This document shows, one piece after another, positions 51,042-62,908 of a stretch of 64,000 nucleotides of DNA (the stretch's first letter is position 1; the number at the start of each line of letters is the position of its first letter). The position numbers were made by a program, and so were the translations under genes. The notes below the pieces were generated by a model that was given only the letters and a program-made list of their open reading frames with translations, was not told the origin of the DNA and ran no database searches. This stretch comes from Podarcis pityusensis (lineage: Eukaryota): the NCBI GenBank assembly GCA_964106645.2, contig OZ067039.1. The stretch is one strand, 5' to 3'.

Positions 51042-52254
51042 TAATTGCTCTCTGACCAACAAAGACTAGAGCCAGGAAAGGGAGAATAGAATGAAGAACT
51101 AATGAACTTATTAGACAAAGAGTTAGGGCTCAGACTAGTCTCCATGAACCCAGCAGGGTCCTCTGTCAATTTACATAGTCCTCTGTCCTGGACAACTGGG
51201 TATGTGAACCTCCTTGGAGTGAGACTATGCTGGGCACTCAAGCGCACTGTGTCATGGCTTTGAACCCCCTCGACTGGGCGCCTGGCACTGGGGAGCCACC
51301 CACACCACCCTAAATCCTGTGCTATCCATTGATATAAAGGGCCCCTCTGCAGGGGGCGATTTTCTTGGTTCGCCCTCTCATATGGAGTCATTCCTAAAGG
51401 CTGCTTCACATGCTTCAGTCAGCTGGTTTATGTTGTTATGTTATGTTGTTATGTTATTTCTATTCATGTAAACAGTCTGCATGAACAGGGAATTAACTGT
51501 TATAGTAGTTTTTGTGATCGGAGGAGTTCCCAGCCCGTAGATTATGCTAATCACATGAAAGGACTATTCATATGAACTGAAGGGGGTTGGAAAGAGGGGA
51601 TATTAAACATATAGTATTTTAATGCACAACTTTACCCTTAGCCTGCTAGAATAGGAACATGCTGGGGAGCAGTTTTTGGCACCCACGGCCCCCTTGAAAC
51701 CTAGAAAAATTCAGGTGAAGTGTGTAACTTAGGTTAGCAGCCATTTTGCAGGAGTTTTTACATTCCTTTCTGAGATTCAAGGGCCCTCTTTTGCTTCACA
51801 TATACTGCTGTAAAAATGCCAAAGTCTAGTGTGGGCTGGAGTGTTTGAGGCTGTTGCTGTTCTTTTTGTATGTGTGTGTGTTTTGTTTTTTAAAAAACAA
51901 CAACCAAGGGCTTTCAATTGCACACAGGATGTTTCTGTTTATCCAAGAAATGAAATCTCACAAACAACCCACCCTATTTGGCTCTTACTGAACTTCAGCT
52001 GTGTGACCCAGGATCCACACAGAGCCAGAGAAATACTTCCCTCCCCTTTCCCTAATTCCTTATTACCACTGGGGCTTGTTCAGGAAGAGCAGGCTTTAGA
52101 AATGACTACAAAAAGGAGAGGAGGCAAGGAGATGCTTTTTAACATCTGGATTAGAGTGAGATTATGTATTGAGACCAGATTGTGGCTTGGGTTCTTGCTT
52201 TCAGCAAAACCCAGTTGGCTGCAAGAATATAGTGCCAAAATGCCAGATTGTGGG

Positions 52255-52590
52255 GTTTTTTTTTTTGTAACTTATTGTTTTATTAAGCTTTTATAACAGG
52301 TAATACAGAAAGCAATAAACAGAACCTCCCTCCCTCCCTCCACACAACTGAAAGAAATTATAATTACAATTACCTTCCCTAGTTGCTCACTTTTATTTTG
52401 GTTCACTTAGCATAAAAAACAGAAAGCAATATCTTCCGAAGCAATTAGTACAAACATATAGTTTTGTATTTATTTGGCTTATCCTAGTTCATAGGTTCAG
52501 TTTCTAAATATGCGAGTATTGGCCAGCAGTCTTCCATGAAACAATTAGATTTTGTCTCCCTTGCTGAGTGCTAATTTGATATGTTAAGAT
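52255..52590 (-). mobile_element. Probable L1 3' end remnant
   Basis: Poly(T) on + at about 52255. The minus strand encodes FMEDCWPILAYLE, resembling the F..W.P...YL end of non-mammalian L1 ORF2. Confidence 0.45.
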
Positions 52591-52599
52591 GTCCATTAT

Positions 52600-54295
52600 T
52601 AATAAATATGTAGCATCAGAAGCAAAAAAACCCAGCTAGGGAATTGGTTGGACTGTTGGACGACAAAGGACTTAAAGGTGTGCTGAAGGAAGAAATGGAG
52701 ATTTGGGGGAATCTGGATTTTTTGTACTTGTCCTCACCACTAAATATGTAGATACTTGTGTCTGAACCAACATTTCCAGGCTTCTTGAAGGAGTCTGAAG
52801 AAATTGTGGTTACAAGAGATGAGATTCTAGGGCTTAAAAACGAGCAGATTACCAGATCCACCCAGTAGTTCTTTAAAACTCAAATGTAAAATTGATGAAC
52901 TTCTACCAAAAATGTGCAACATGTTCTTCAAACCACCCTCTAGATCCAGAGAGAATGCAGGAGATTACAGTAACATCTGTTCTGGGAAAACTGGTGAAAA
53001 GCATGGTTAAACATAGATTTACCAAGCATATAGAATAACAAAACTGAAGAAAAATAAACATGGCTTCTGTGAAGATAAGATCACACATCATACATTTACC
53101 CCCTTCACAGAGCTACAGTTCCTAGTGCCTTTAACAAACTACGGTTCCCAGGAATCTGGGGGTGTCATATGTTTTAAATGTGCTCTTTTCAGAGGCCTTT
53201 GAGAGTGTCAGCAGGCATAGAGATAAGGGTCTCTCTAATAGACACTGTGTACTTAGTCTTTTAAAAAGCTTTTGACAAATTCCTTCACAAAAGACTCTTG
53301 AGCAAAATTAGTAGTCATGGGATAAGAGGTACAGGACCTGGTTAAAGCAGAAAGTAGGAATAAATTGACTGTTCTCACACTGAAGATCTGTATCCACAAG
53401 GATCTGTATTGGGATCTGACCTTTTTCCATTGTTCATAAAAGATCTGGAGTTAGGGGAGAGCCATGAAGTACCCAAGTTTATATCAAATTATTCAGGGTG
53501 GTAAGAACAGAATGGGATCTTGAAGAGCTCCAAAATGGCTTCTCACGTGGCAAAAATAGTTCTGTGTAAGTGTGAAGTGATGCACAGGGTGGCCAAAAAT
53601 CTGAGCTGACAGTGATTGTCCAGGAAAGGCGTCATGAGGTCATTGTGGATAACTCAGTGAAAATGTTCTCAGTGTCCAGCTGCTGTGAAAAAGGTGCCAA
53701 TTTAGAGATCATTGAGAAAGGTATTGAAAAGAAATCTGCCAATCTATGGTCTGACCCACCTAGGAATATTGTGTCTGGCTCTGGTTGTCGTGCCTCAAAA
53801 GCTATTGTAGAATTGAGGGAAAAGGTTCAGAAAAATGCAACCAAAATTATCAAGGGCCTGGAGTAACTGCCCTACAGCAAAATATTGCAGCATTTGGAGC
53901 TTTTTAGTTTAGAAAAAAAGGTCAGTAAGGCGGGCATGATCAAGACATATAAAATTATACATTGTGGGGAGGCTGTGGTTAGAGAGAAGCTTTTTCCCTT
54001 TCTCAAAATACTATAACCTGGGTCATCCTGTGAAGCTGAAGAATGGGAGACTCAGGACAGACTAAAAGGGAGTACTTTGCACATTGTTAAATTATGGAAC
54101 TCGCCACCACGAGATGTGGACGTCGACATCAGCGTAGGTGGCTTTAAAAGGGAATAAGACAAATTCATGGAGGACAAGGCTATCAATGGATACCAGCCAC
54201 AAAGTTTATATACAAGCTCCAGAATCAGAGGCAAGTAGGCCCCTGAAAAGCAGTTGCTGAGGACTTGCCCTCATGTCCTGCTTGTGGGAACTCCT
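52600..54295 (+). mobile_element. CR1 LINE, degenerate ORF2 (RT) plus 3' UTR, with a MITE inserted at about 53085-53182
   Basis: Frame-shifted pieces ELVGLLDDKGLKGVLKEE, VTRDEILG, IHPVVL, SVLGKLV, HGFC, KAFDK, SHGIRG, EKVQKNATKIIKGLE and 3' GACAAATTCATGGAGG are collinear with CR1 ORF2. Confidence 0.88.
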
Positions 54296-56697
54296 TGTGC
54301 AGACTCCTGAGGTCTTGATTCAGGTGTCCCTGACTCAAGGGTGAGGTCTGGTCATGATGGTGGGGCCTGAGTTGGCTTCTAGAGTCTTTGCCTCTGATGA
54401 TGCTAGCTGGTCCATTGGATCGGGCCAGCCTCTCCTAAGTGGAGTTGAACTCAGCCCAGGGTGGGTGGGCTCTGACAAAGCACAACTATCAGTTTGCATG
54501 GCTTGTGTGCAACAACTACTTTGGCCAAAAACATGGCTTCAAATCTATATGTCTTGTACAAGGAGTCTTAACATTACTTTCCCACCCACCCTGCTGCAGT
54601 GTAATCCAAATTGTTACATTTGAATTGCTGGCTCAGATTCCCTTCTGATATGAATCACAAATTGGTGCTAAGCTAGGGAAGCGAAAGAACAAGAGGAGTT
54701 TGAGACAAAAATTCATTGGGAAATGTATATTTGCAAGATCGGAAACTAGAAACGCCGAGCGTTCCAAGAGTTGATGGAATCACGGTGTTATATTGTTTTT
54801 CTGTTGGACTTTTTTCCTTGGCCTTTTTTTAAAAAAGCATTTAATGGAACAAGGGAAATGGGTCTGTCACAACCAAGTTCTCCTCGGCCAGTTTGTGTAT
54901 ATCCAAACCATTGCGTTGGTTACCATGGGAAACGACAAGGCTGATAACCAAAGAAGAATGAAGCCTGCATCAGTGTTACATGGAATTTGGAGGAGTGAAC
55001 TCCATGGAGAGGATTAGAACGATTTAACAAGCCATTAACGAGAGCTGGGAAAACACTGGAGGAGTTTAGGAAAGGTTTGAGGAGGAAGGAATAGGGGAGG
55101 GGAGTGATTTTGGCAGGGAGTGGGTCACACTGGCAATCTGTTCCTCTTTCCTAGATTTGTTATGAAGTTTTTTGAGGTTTTGTGAAAAGTGTCTGGGGAG
55201 CTGTGGCAAGCCAAGCAGGCCCTGGGCCAACTTTCGGCTAAACATGTTGTTGTGTAAAATTGTAGTCAATTAATTTAAGACCTGCCAATTTCAACTGCAA
55301 AATGCTACGAGGTTCTGTCAAATCCGCACCAGGATGTAAAAGGAGGGGAGTGGGAAGAGGGGAGCGAGTAAGAGAGAGAATGTGATTCAAAAAATGTGTT
55401 TGGCAGCATGTTGTGATTAGAGTATGCGAGGACTCACTCTCATTAAAATCATTGAGCTCAGTCCCTGCCTTTATCTGAAGATAGGTGCTCAGTCATTAAT
55501 TGTAATAGGGCAGGAGGGCAGGCGAGGGAGAAAGGGTAGGGGTTGGGGTGTGTGTGTCTTAGGGCATTTTTACAAGTGATGCAAATAACGCCTTTTCAGC
55601 TGGAAAGTCATTTGTGAATGTTGTTAAGTAAGCATAGAAAGCAGAAGAGAGCCCATTTTAAATCATGTGTACATTCTAGTCTGTATAGAATTTACACTTG
55701 AATTATAGCCACAGGAAATGCAAAAACCAACTTTTAAGTTGTAGAGAGCCTTGTGTGAGGTCAGCTATAAGCTGAAAAGCAGGCTGGTTCTGGTTACCAT
55801 GGGAACTGGGAGGAGCGGTCACCTGGGAAGTTCATGAGGTGTAGTGTGGTCCTGTGCATTTTACTCAGAAGAAAGTCCCACTGAGCTCAATTGCACTTTC
55901 TTTCAAGTAAATGTGCTGAGGATTGAATGCGTACCAGTGAATGGTTCATAGAAATTAGTGGGTGTAGACCATTGCATCAGATTGTTAAATAATGACAAAG
56001 TTGCGGTGGATCTAGAAAAAGCCCAGGAACCCTGAGAAAGGCTCTGTTTCTTAATTTCATTATCTGAAATTATTCCTGTTAGAGGAGTTGTGAGTTTCCA
56101 TCACCCGATCTTTTACTAGCCATTGGAGAATGTCCCAACTGCTGTTTTCTGGACTACAGTGAAGGAGACACACAGCCTCCTCCCATTGTTTAGCCTCAAG
56201 TCTGTGGCTTGACAGACCAGGAGTTCTTAGCAGGAGAGTAGGCATATAAATAAAGGTGTGAACATTTGTACTGTAGTGCAAAGTCACTTTTGACCACTTT
56301 GTGCCCCAGTTCAAGAGGCAATGTTCTAAGGTGCCTAGTATATCATGGCCACTGGTCAGTTGTGATTGCTCATGCTTGGTTCAGTGGGGACGCAACCTAT
56401 GTTTCTGGGGGTTTTCTTCCTTAGGTTACTGTAGTCCCCCATAAAGTTGTGCCTTACTGCTGCAGCTCAGCCATCTACGTTGGCTAGATTTGGTGAAAAT
56501 TGGAAAGATTCCTCTTGACTTGAGGATGTTTGCTTTGGCAACGTTGAGCACCTCATTCAATGAACTTACTGTTTGCCTATCAAATTGGTTCCCACCATTT
56601 TGCTTTTGTGTAATACATTTTATGATTGCAGAACACTAGTGTAGTTGTTTGTTAGACAGGTAGTGTGCTGCGTTCAGTGTTTGAGACGTATAGGGAA

Positions 56698-56737
<40 letters not shown>

Positions 56738-56867
56738 TATTAGTACCTCGCCCATCTGGCTGGGTTTCCCCAGCCACTCTGAGCGGCTTCCAGCAAAGAT
56801 TAAAAATACATTAAAACATCAGTCATTAAAAACTTCCCTAAACAGGGCTGCCTTCAGATGTCTTCTA
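56698..56867 (-). mobile_element. L2 LINE 3' end (family A) with (TTA)n tail
   Basis: Minus strand RRHLKAALFREVF. CCCATCTGGCTGGGTTTCCCCAGCCACTCTG matches 7580-7612. Confidence 0.85.
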
Positions 56868-58122
56868 ATACAAGACAAGACTAGAAAAGCTGGGCAGTGG
56901 GAAGCGAGGTGCAAAGGACCATGAAAACATTTTGTGGTTTTGATAGCACCTTCTCTAGTCCTATCAAAAAAGGAATTGTATAACAATTGTGTGCCAGCTC
57001 CTGAATCTTTTTTCATATGGCATTTAGCACAGTTCAGCCCTGGTTTGGGCTGTCCCTCAGCTGAGATTCATCCTGTTTGTTCCCAGCTCCTGCATCATGT
57101 TCTGATCCTTAATTTCCCTGTGGGTGAAGGAAAGGGGGATGTCAGAATAATATTCCAGGGCTCTGCAGAGTTCCCGCCTTCTACTTGGCAGAAACTGTCA
57201 CTGTTTTTGTAGTATGTTTGTTGGAGATTTGGGGTTTGTTTTACTTTTTACAATTTAATGAAACCCATAAAGTTCTTAACAGTCACAAAACTTGCACAGA
57301 AAGCTCTGTTTGAGAGCGTCCCATGGGCAGTTCTTAGCCAACTTTGTAAGAATAAGTTCTAAATATTACAAAAAGAAAGGCAGCTTGTTCGACATCTGCC
57401 CAAGGCCTGCATTTTTTCTCTTTCCATTGGCTTTACACTCTCTCACACTTTTTAAATACTTGGTTTCTTTTTCCCACAACTCCGAAAAGACTTGGGACTA
57501 AAACTGCAGTCCGAACCACACTTAGTTGGAAGTAATTTGAACTGAAATGAGTGGGACTTCTTCCAAACGAACATGGTTTTAGGCTGTAAATGTGCCATTG
57601 GTTGTCCTCTTACCTTGTCCATCCCTGCTATTGTCTTTCTCACAACATTTGTAATAAAAGTTTTCATTCTACACATCGGAAAAACCTTCCTACATCTTCA
57701 CTGTGAACATGGCATTGCTCTGTTTTCTCTTTCTGCTCCTCAGTGCAACAGTTGGTCACAATCCAACTTCCAGCTCCCTTTGGGCACAATCCAGTCAAAT
57801 GTAAACATGACTTACGAGGGAGTAAGTCCCTAAGAATTCTTGTTGAGATTTCTCAATGGACATTATTAAAATTATGCTCTTAATTTCCTTTTTTTTTTTT
57901 GTTTCATCGGGAAGCTGGATTTCAAATTTCAATTGAAAATATGTGGAATTTAAAAAGATACCTGCCCAAAATGCTTATTGTAGTTTAAAAGCTGTCTTTC
58001 CCATGTGAGGGATGTTGGGCTTACTTTGGAAGTTGTGTGATGATAGTCGTCACTTAATACATTCCACCATTGCCGCTGTGTAATTTGAATTAAGCATGGG
58101 ATTTTGCTTTATGTTTCATGCA

Positions 58123-58135
58123 TCTATCATCTCTA

Positions 58136-58179
<44 letters not shown>

Positions 58180-58188
58180 ATCTATCTG
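58123..58188. repeat. (TCTA)n microsatellite
   Basis: More than 10 TCTA units with interruptions. Confidence 0.93.
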
Positions 58189-58338
58189 TCTCACACATTT
58201 TTAAAACCACATCTTACTCCACGATGAACTGATGTAGTGGCATTATTTCATTTACCATCATAGAAACAAACACCCCTGTGAAGACATTTATGCTGAGAGA
58301 CAGTGACTCTGGGCAATGGACCAAGTGGGCTCCATGGC

Positions 58339-59218
58339 CAGGGGTGTCTTACCCATAGAGACTAGTGGAGCGGGGTGCCAGGGTGCCAAGTTCTGGAGGT
58401 CACTAGGGAAGAGGCAGAAGCTGGGACGTGGCGCCTTCCGGCATCAGCTTGCTGCCCTCACCTGCCTCCGACATGCTGTGCCGAAGCAGCACCACGCCCG
58501 GAGCCTCCATCTGCCGTGGCTACCATGGCACGAAACCGCCAGCTGAGCTGGGAGGTGCCTCGTCCAGCCTCCACCTCTTCCCCGCCAGAGGAGCTGCCCT
58601 CCAGCCGCTGCCCTCCTCCTCCAGCCCCGCCGGCAGCGCTGTCCTCCCTAAAGGTGGTTTTGACCTTTAAAGCCCTTCACGGCCTAGGACCCTCGTACCT
58701 ATGGGACCGCCTCTCCTGGTATGCCCCATGGAGGACCTTAAGGTCCATAAATAGCAACACCCTAGAGGTCCTGGGCCCTAAGGAAGTTAGATTAGCCTCA
58801 ACCAGAGCCAGGGCCTTATCAACACTGGCTCCGGCCTGGTGGAACGCTCTGTCTCATGAGACCAGGGCCCTGCGGGATCTGATTTCTTTCTGCAGGGTCT
58901 GCAGAGTTGTTTCATCTGGCCTTTGGCTTAGAATCAGTTTGATTTCCTCCCCCTCTTTCTTTTTTACTTTCTCCTCCTGTGAAGAGGCTGCATCCTAATG
59001 TTTAAATGTTGTATTTTAATCTTTTTAAATTGTATTTTATTTCAACTTGTTTTTATTATTGTTTGTTAGCCACCCTGAGCCCGGTCTTGGCTGGGGAGGG
59101 TGGGGTATAAATTTAAATTTATTATTATTATTATTATTATTATTTAAAAACTCTGGAAAATGGGGGTGGGCGGAGGGAGCCTTACACCACGGCGCCGGAT
59201 ATGCTTAAGACGGCCCTG
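58339..59218. mobile_element. hAT (Tip100/Ac-like) element carrying an internal L2 fragment, inserted in a minus-strand SINE
   Basis: TIRs CAGGGGTGTCTTA / TAAGACGGCCCTG, perfect TSD TCCATGGC (58331-38, 59219-26). The flanks rejoin into a SINE2-like sequence. Confidence 0.88.
58650..59144 (+). mobile_element. L2 LINE 3' fragment (family B), nested
   Basis: KVVLTFKALHGLGPSYLWDRLSWYAPWRTLRS...APAWWNALSHETRALRDLISF, then 3' UTR and (TTA)n tail. Confidence 0.9.
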
Positions 59219-59853
59219 TCCATGGCTGAGTGAATATTTGAGCCGGAGGAATCCACATTGTGGACGATTAAGTGAACACACCCCATCTCAGATGTAGCTG
59301 CAGTTCTGGATATCTCAGCTATTACTGGTTCAGCATTGCCTTGGGAGACACAAAATGACTGTGAGATCACAACTCCAAGTAGTAAATGTTGCACAGCTCC
59401 ACATATGCAGTGTGAAGCATCCTGGCTGCAGCTGGGCTTTGCTTTGTAGTGTATCCTTGCATTCCTGTCTGTGCATATGTATTTCCCCGGCATGCCTCAT
59501 GGTAATATCCTCTGACCTCATCAGCAGCTTGTTAATATTTTACTGGGACACAAGAGGAGGCTGTAAGTGTTTAACTTCAAAGGGAGACAGCTTCCCTTGG
59601 TTTTCATTTCAGACACAAGACTTTTAATAACTTTGTGTATTTCTTAAAACCCCCCTCAAAATTCTCATATATTGGAGAAGGTTGAAACATTGTAAGCCCA
59701 GGAAGACACTTTCCTCTCCTCAGTTTATGCCACATGTTAGATGGCAGCAAACCTGGGCTTGCCACAGGTGGCACACACTGCGTGTGGGGCCCTATCCTTA
59801 ATGAATGCTAATTCCTTCATTGGGTTCTACCATTGGTGTCACAGGGCTTCCTA

Positions 59854-60146
59854 GCAAACGTCTGCCTCGAGAGACAATGGAGTGTGCTTCTGAAGGTGAA
59901 GTCAAACTGCTGCACTAGCAACACCGGAGTGACCTCTTCAGGGCACAAGCTTGGGCAGTGTGTGTGGAAGTCCTAGGCTGCCCAGATGACCTCCCCCACC
60001 CCCAGCCTTGCTGATGTGGTCCAAAGGAAAGCAGAGCAATACATTTGACACCAGCTTGGCTGTAGGAGTTGCTGGAAGGAGGCGTTTGGATGCCACTCCA
60101 GATTTGTGTAGGGTTTTCTCCTTAGCCCATGGTGGAGCATAAGGCA
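59854..60146 (-). mobile_element. Second copy of the RTE/Vingi-like retroposon
   Basis: CTCGAGAGACA...GGTGAAGTCAAAC...CACCAGCTTGGCTG...GATTTGTGTAGGGTTT is collinear with the reverse complement of 21725-22060. Confidence 0.65.
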
Positions 60147-62110
60147 TGTGCACATTCCAGATGATCCATGCTTCCTTGCTTGTGGGAACCACTCTCTCTT
60201 CCATCTCAGTGAAGGAAAGCTATCAGTTGGCTTGCAGCTTTTTTTGGCTGTTTGTGACCAGTTCTGTCCTAGCTCACCTTCCCAAGCAAAATTTAGACCA
60301 CTGAAGTGAGGTTCTGTGGAAACCACCCAGCAACACTAATCCACTTTGACAGCTTGCCTACAACACAGATGTGTCTTTGTCTCATTCACACATTGTATTT
60401 TTAGGTATACTGTTAGTTTGATGCTAATTGTAAATATTTGTGTGAGTGTATCCTTTTGCTTTTGTCTCAGTTTGAAGCTTTTTCTGTCCGTCACCCCCCT
60501 CCCAGACAATGTGTGCACAGTCCTGTTCATGGGATGTGGCCATATGGAGGAGGGAGAATATTTTCCCTGGGATCTTTTGTCCAAAGTGTGCAAACAAAGG
60601 GGTTGCCACGTCCCTTGTTTCTGGAGACCAAACTAGATATAAAAGTCACATATGGTAAATCATATTGGAAGCTTCCTCCGCTTGTAGTGTGCTACCCTGC
60701 AAATGATGGATGCAGAGAGCATTCAGCACTCCCTATCTCTAATTTGCATTGAATTTGGGGCAATTTTGGGCTGCTGTGGAATGGCGAAACATCAACTCAG
60801 GCCCCATCCTTAAGTGCCATCGCCTACTGGGGAATTACATCTGGGGAGGAGTTGAGGTGAGTGACTGACCACAATAGCACGAGGGTGAAGGTTCGGATCT
60901 GATGTGGTGAGTGTGTCAGCAGTGGGGGACGGGGCCCCAGATTATCCGTGTGTATGAAGGAAAGATCTGGTTTAGAAACCCACCCCACCCCACCCCAGAG
61001 ATATCTCATCCTGCTTTGCCTGCCTTCATGCTATGAATATGTATTAGTAGTCTAGCTGAAGTAAGAAAGGCTGCTGCTGGATGTGTGGATGTTTAAAATC
61101 TTTGCCTTGGGTAATTCATTTAAACCTGACTCAGCTGTGACTCTGAGGTGACTTGGGGACTGTCGTCACTCCTCTCAACAAGTGCCTTACTCTGCTCTTG
61201 CCACCAACTACGTTGAATTCATTTAGGGCTTTGCCGTTTCCTGAATCTCGGTGCCTTCGTGTGTGCTGCATTTTGTTTGCGTGTGATTTCCTTTTGTGTG
61301 TGCGTGGCTTTCACATCTCAGTGGTTCCAAAAGGCCCCAGATTGGCCCTCTAGGAGCGATAGCACATGAATTTCTGCATTGCATGGGCGTCTTTATGTGT
61401 TTTTTAAATCGTGTCTCCTAATTATAAATAATAGCTGTGATATGAGATGTGATTATGATGAATGGTGATTCCGTATTCTGCGTGCATTAGCTGCTTTAAC
61501 CTTGCCGAGGTAATTATGTCTCATTTAGAATTCTGATAGTATTTATTTGAGGTAGGGGACTGGGAATTTAATTTCTATGGCTTTGTCTTTTAGTATTATT
61601 ATTATTTGAAAAGGATACCTTTGCAAAATTGTTTTTTAATAATTCCCTCCAGTGGCAGCTCTACTTCATTAATATTTTAGGGGCTGGCATGGAGACATTT
61701 TAAAGATGCTCTTAAAGGTACAGAGGGGCATGGTATATGTAAAATAAGGGTTAATATATGAGCCAGGGAGTTCCTCTGGGAGGGATGGGGGACAGACACT
61801 GTCATGCAGTCACACATTCTCCCTCTCTGCATTAGAACAGCAGAAGGCAATCTGAAATCCTAGTTAAGATGTCGCTTGTGTGTCAGAATTGGCAATCAGT
61901 TTTCTTGCATGTTGTAATCTGTGCACTTTAAAAAATGCCTGGCATTGGAGCAGGCATCTAATGCATTGGAAGCTTGGTATGTCTCTTTCTTTCTGTAGAA
62001 AATGAATTCTTCCCCACTCCTGAAACTAATCAAATGGATACTTGTAAAAAGTATAGCATAGGCACCTGAATACACAAAAAAGGCTAGAGGAGGACCTTCA
62101 TCCCCTAAAG

Positions 62111-62430
62111 CAGGGGTAGGCAACCTAAAGCCCATGGGCCGGATCCGACCCAATCGCCTTCTAAATCCAGCCCATGGACAGTCTGGGAATCAGCATGTTT
62201 TTACATGAGTAGAATGTGTCCTTTTATTTAAAGTGCATCTCTGGGTTATTTGTGGGGCCTGTCTGGTGTTTTTACATGAGCAGAATGTGGGCTTTTATTT
62301 AAAATGCATCTCTGGGTTATTTGTGGGGCATAGGAATTCGTTCATTCCCCCCCCCCCAAATAGTCTGGCCCACCACATGGTCTAAGGGACGGTGGACCGG
62401 CCCACAGCTGAAAAAGGTTGCTGACCCCTG
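62111..62430 (+). mobile_element. hAT (Charlie-type) non-autonomous element with internal tandem repeat
   Basis: TIRs CAGGGGTAGGCAACCT / AGGTTGCTGACCCCTG, perfect TSD CCCTAAAG. Confidence 0.93.
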
Positions 62431-62718
62431 CCCTAAAGAAAAATACTGTATTCGTTGTGGGATTAGCACTATATTGCTGCAAGAAACTCATTCGCGTACC
62501 ATATTTCAACAAATAGTCTAGTTTTATATGGTTATAAACAGGTCTGGAGAAAATATTTCAAATCCCTAGATTCCAGCATTAGGTTTCTAGATTCTTTCCA
62601 GCCTTTGTTATAAATTGCGTCTTCAGTCATTTCCATCTCTGATTGCAATTCAGGTACTAAGCAGCCATCAAAATTTCACCCAGAGTGAGATTTGAAGCAA
62701 ATTTGTGTCTTTTTCCTA

Positions 62719-62908
62719 AGGAGCACAGGAAGCTATCTTATGCAGTGTCGGACCCTCTTAACACATTGTTGTTTGCAGTGACTGGCAGTGGCTTTCCAGG
62801 GTTTCAGAGAGGGGTCTTTTCCAGTCTTACCTGGGGAAGCTGGGAATTAAACTTGGGACATTTTGCATGCAAAGCATGAGCAACGCCACTGAGTTATGGC
62901 CTCTTCCC
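62719..62908 (-). mobile_element. tRNA-derived SINE, Squam3-like
   Basis: Minus strand starts GGGAAGAGGCCATAACTCAGTGG (A box)...TTTGCATGCAAAATGTCCCAAGTTTAATTCC (B box)...CTGAAACCCTGGAAAGCCACTGCCAGTC. Confidence 0.78.

Noticed and set aside
50849-51409. 186-aa minus-strand ORF
   Set aside because: No recognisable domain. It runs through a MITE and its hairpin, so it is a chance chimeric frame.
52600-54295. Functional reverse transcriptase gene
   Set aside because: Many stops, frameshifts and deletions plus a MITE insertion. A dead CR1 copy.
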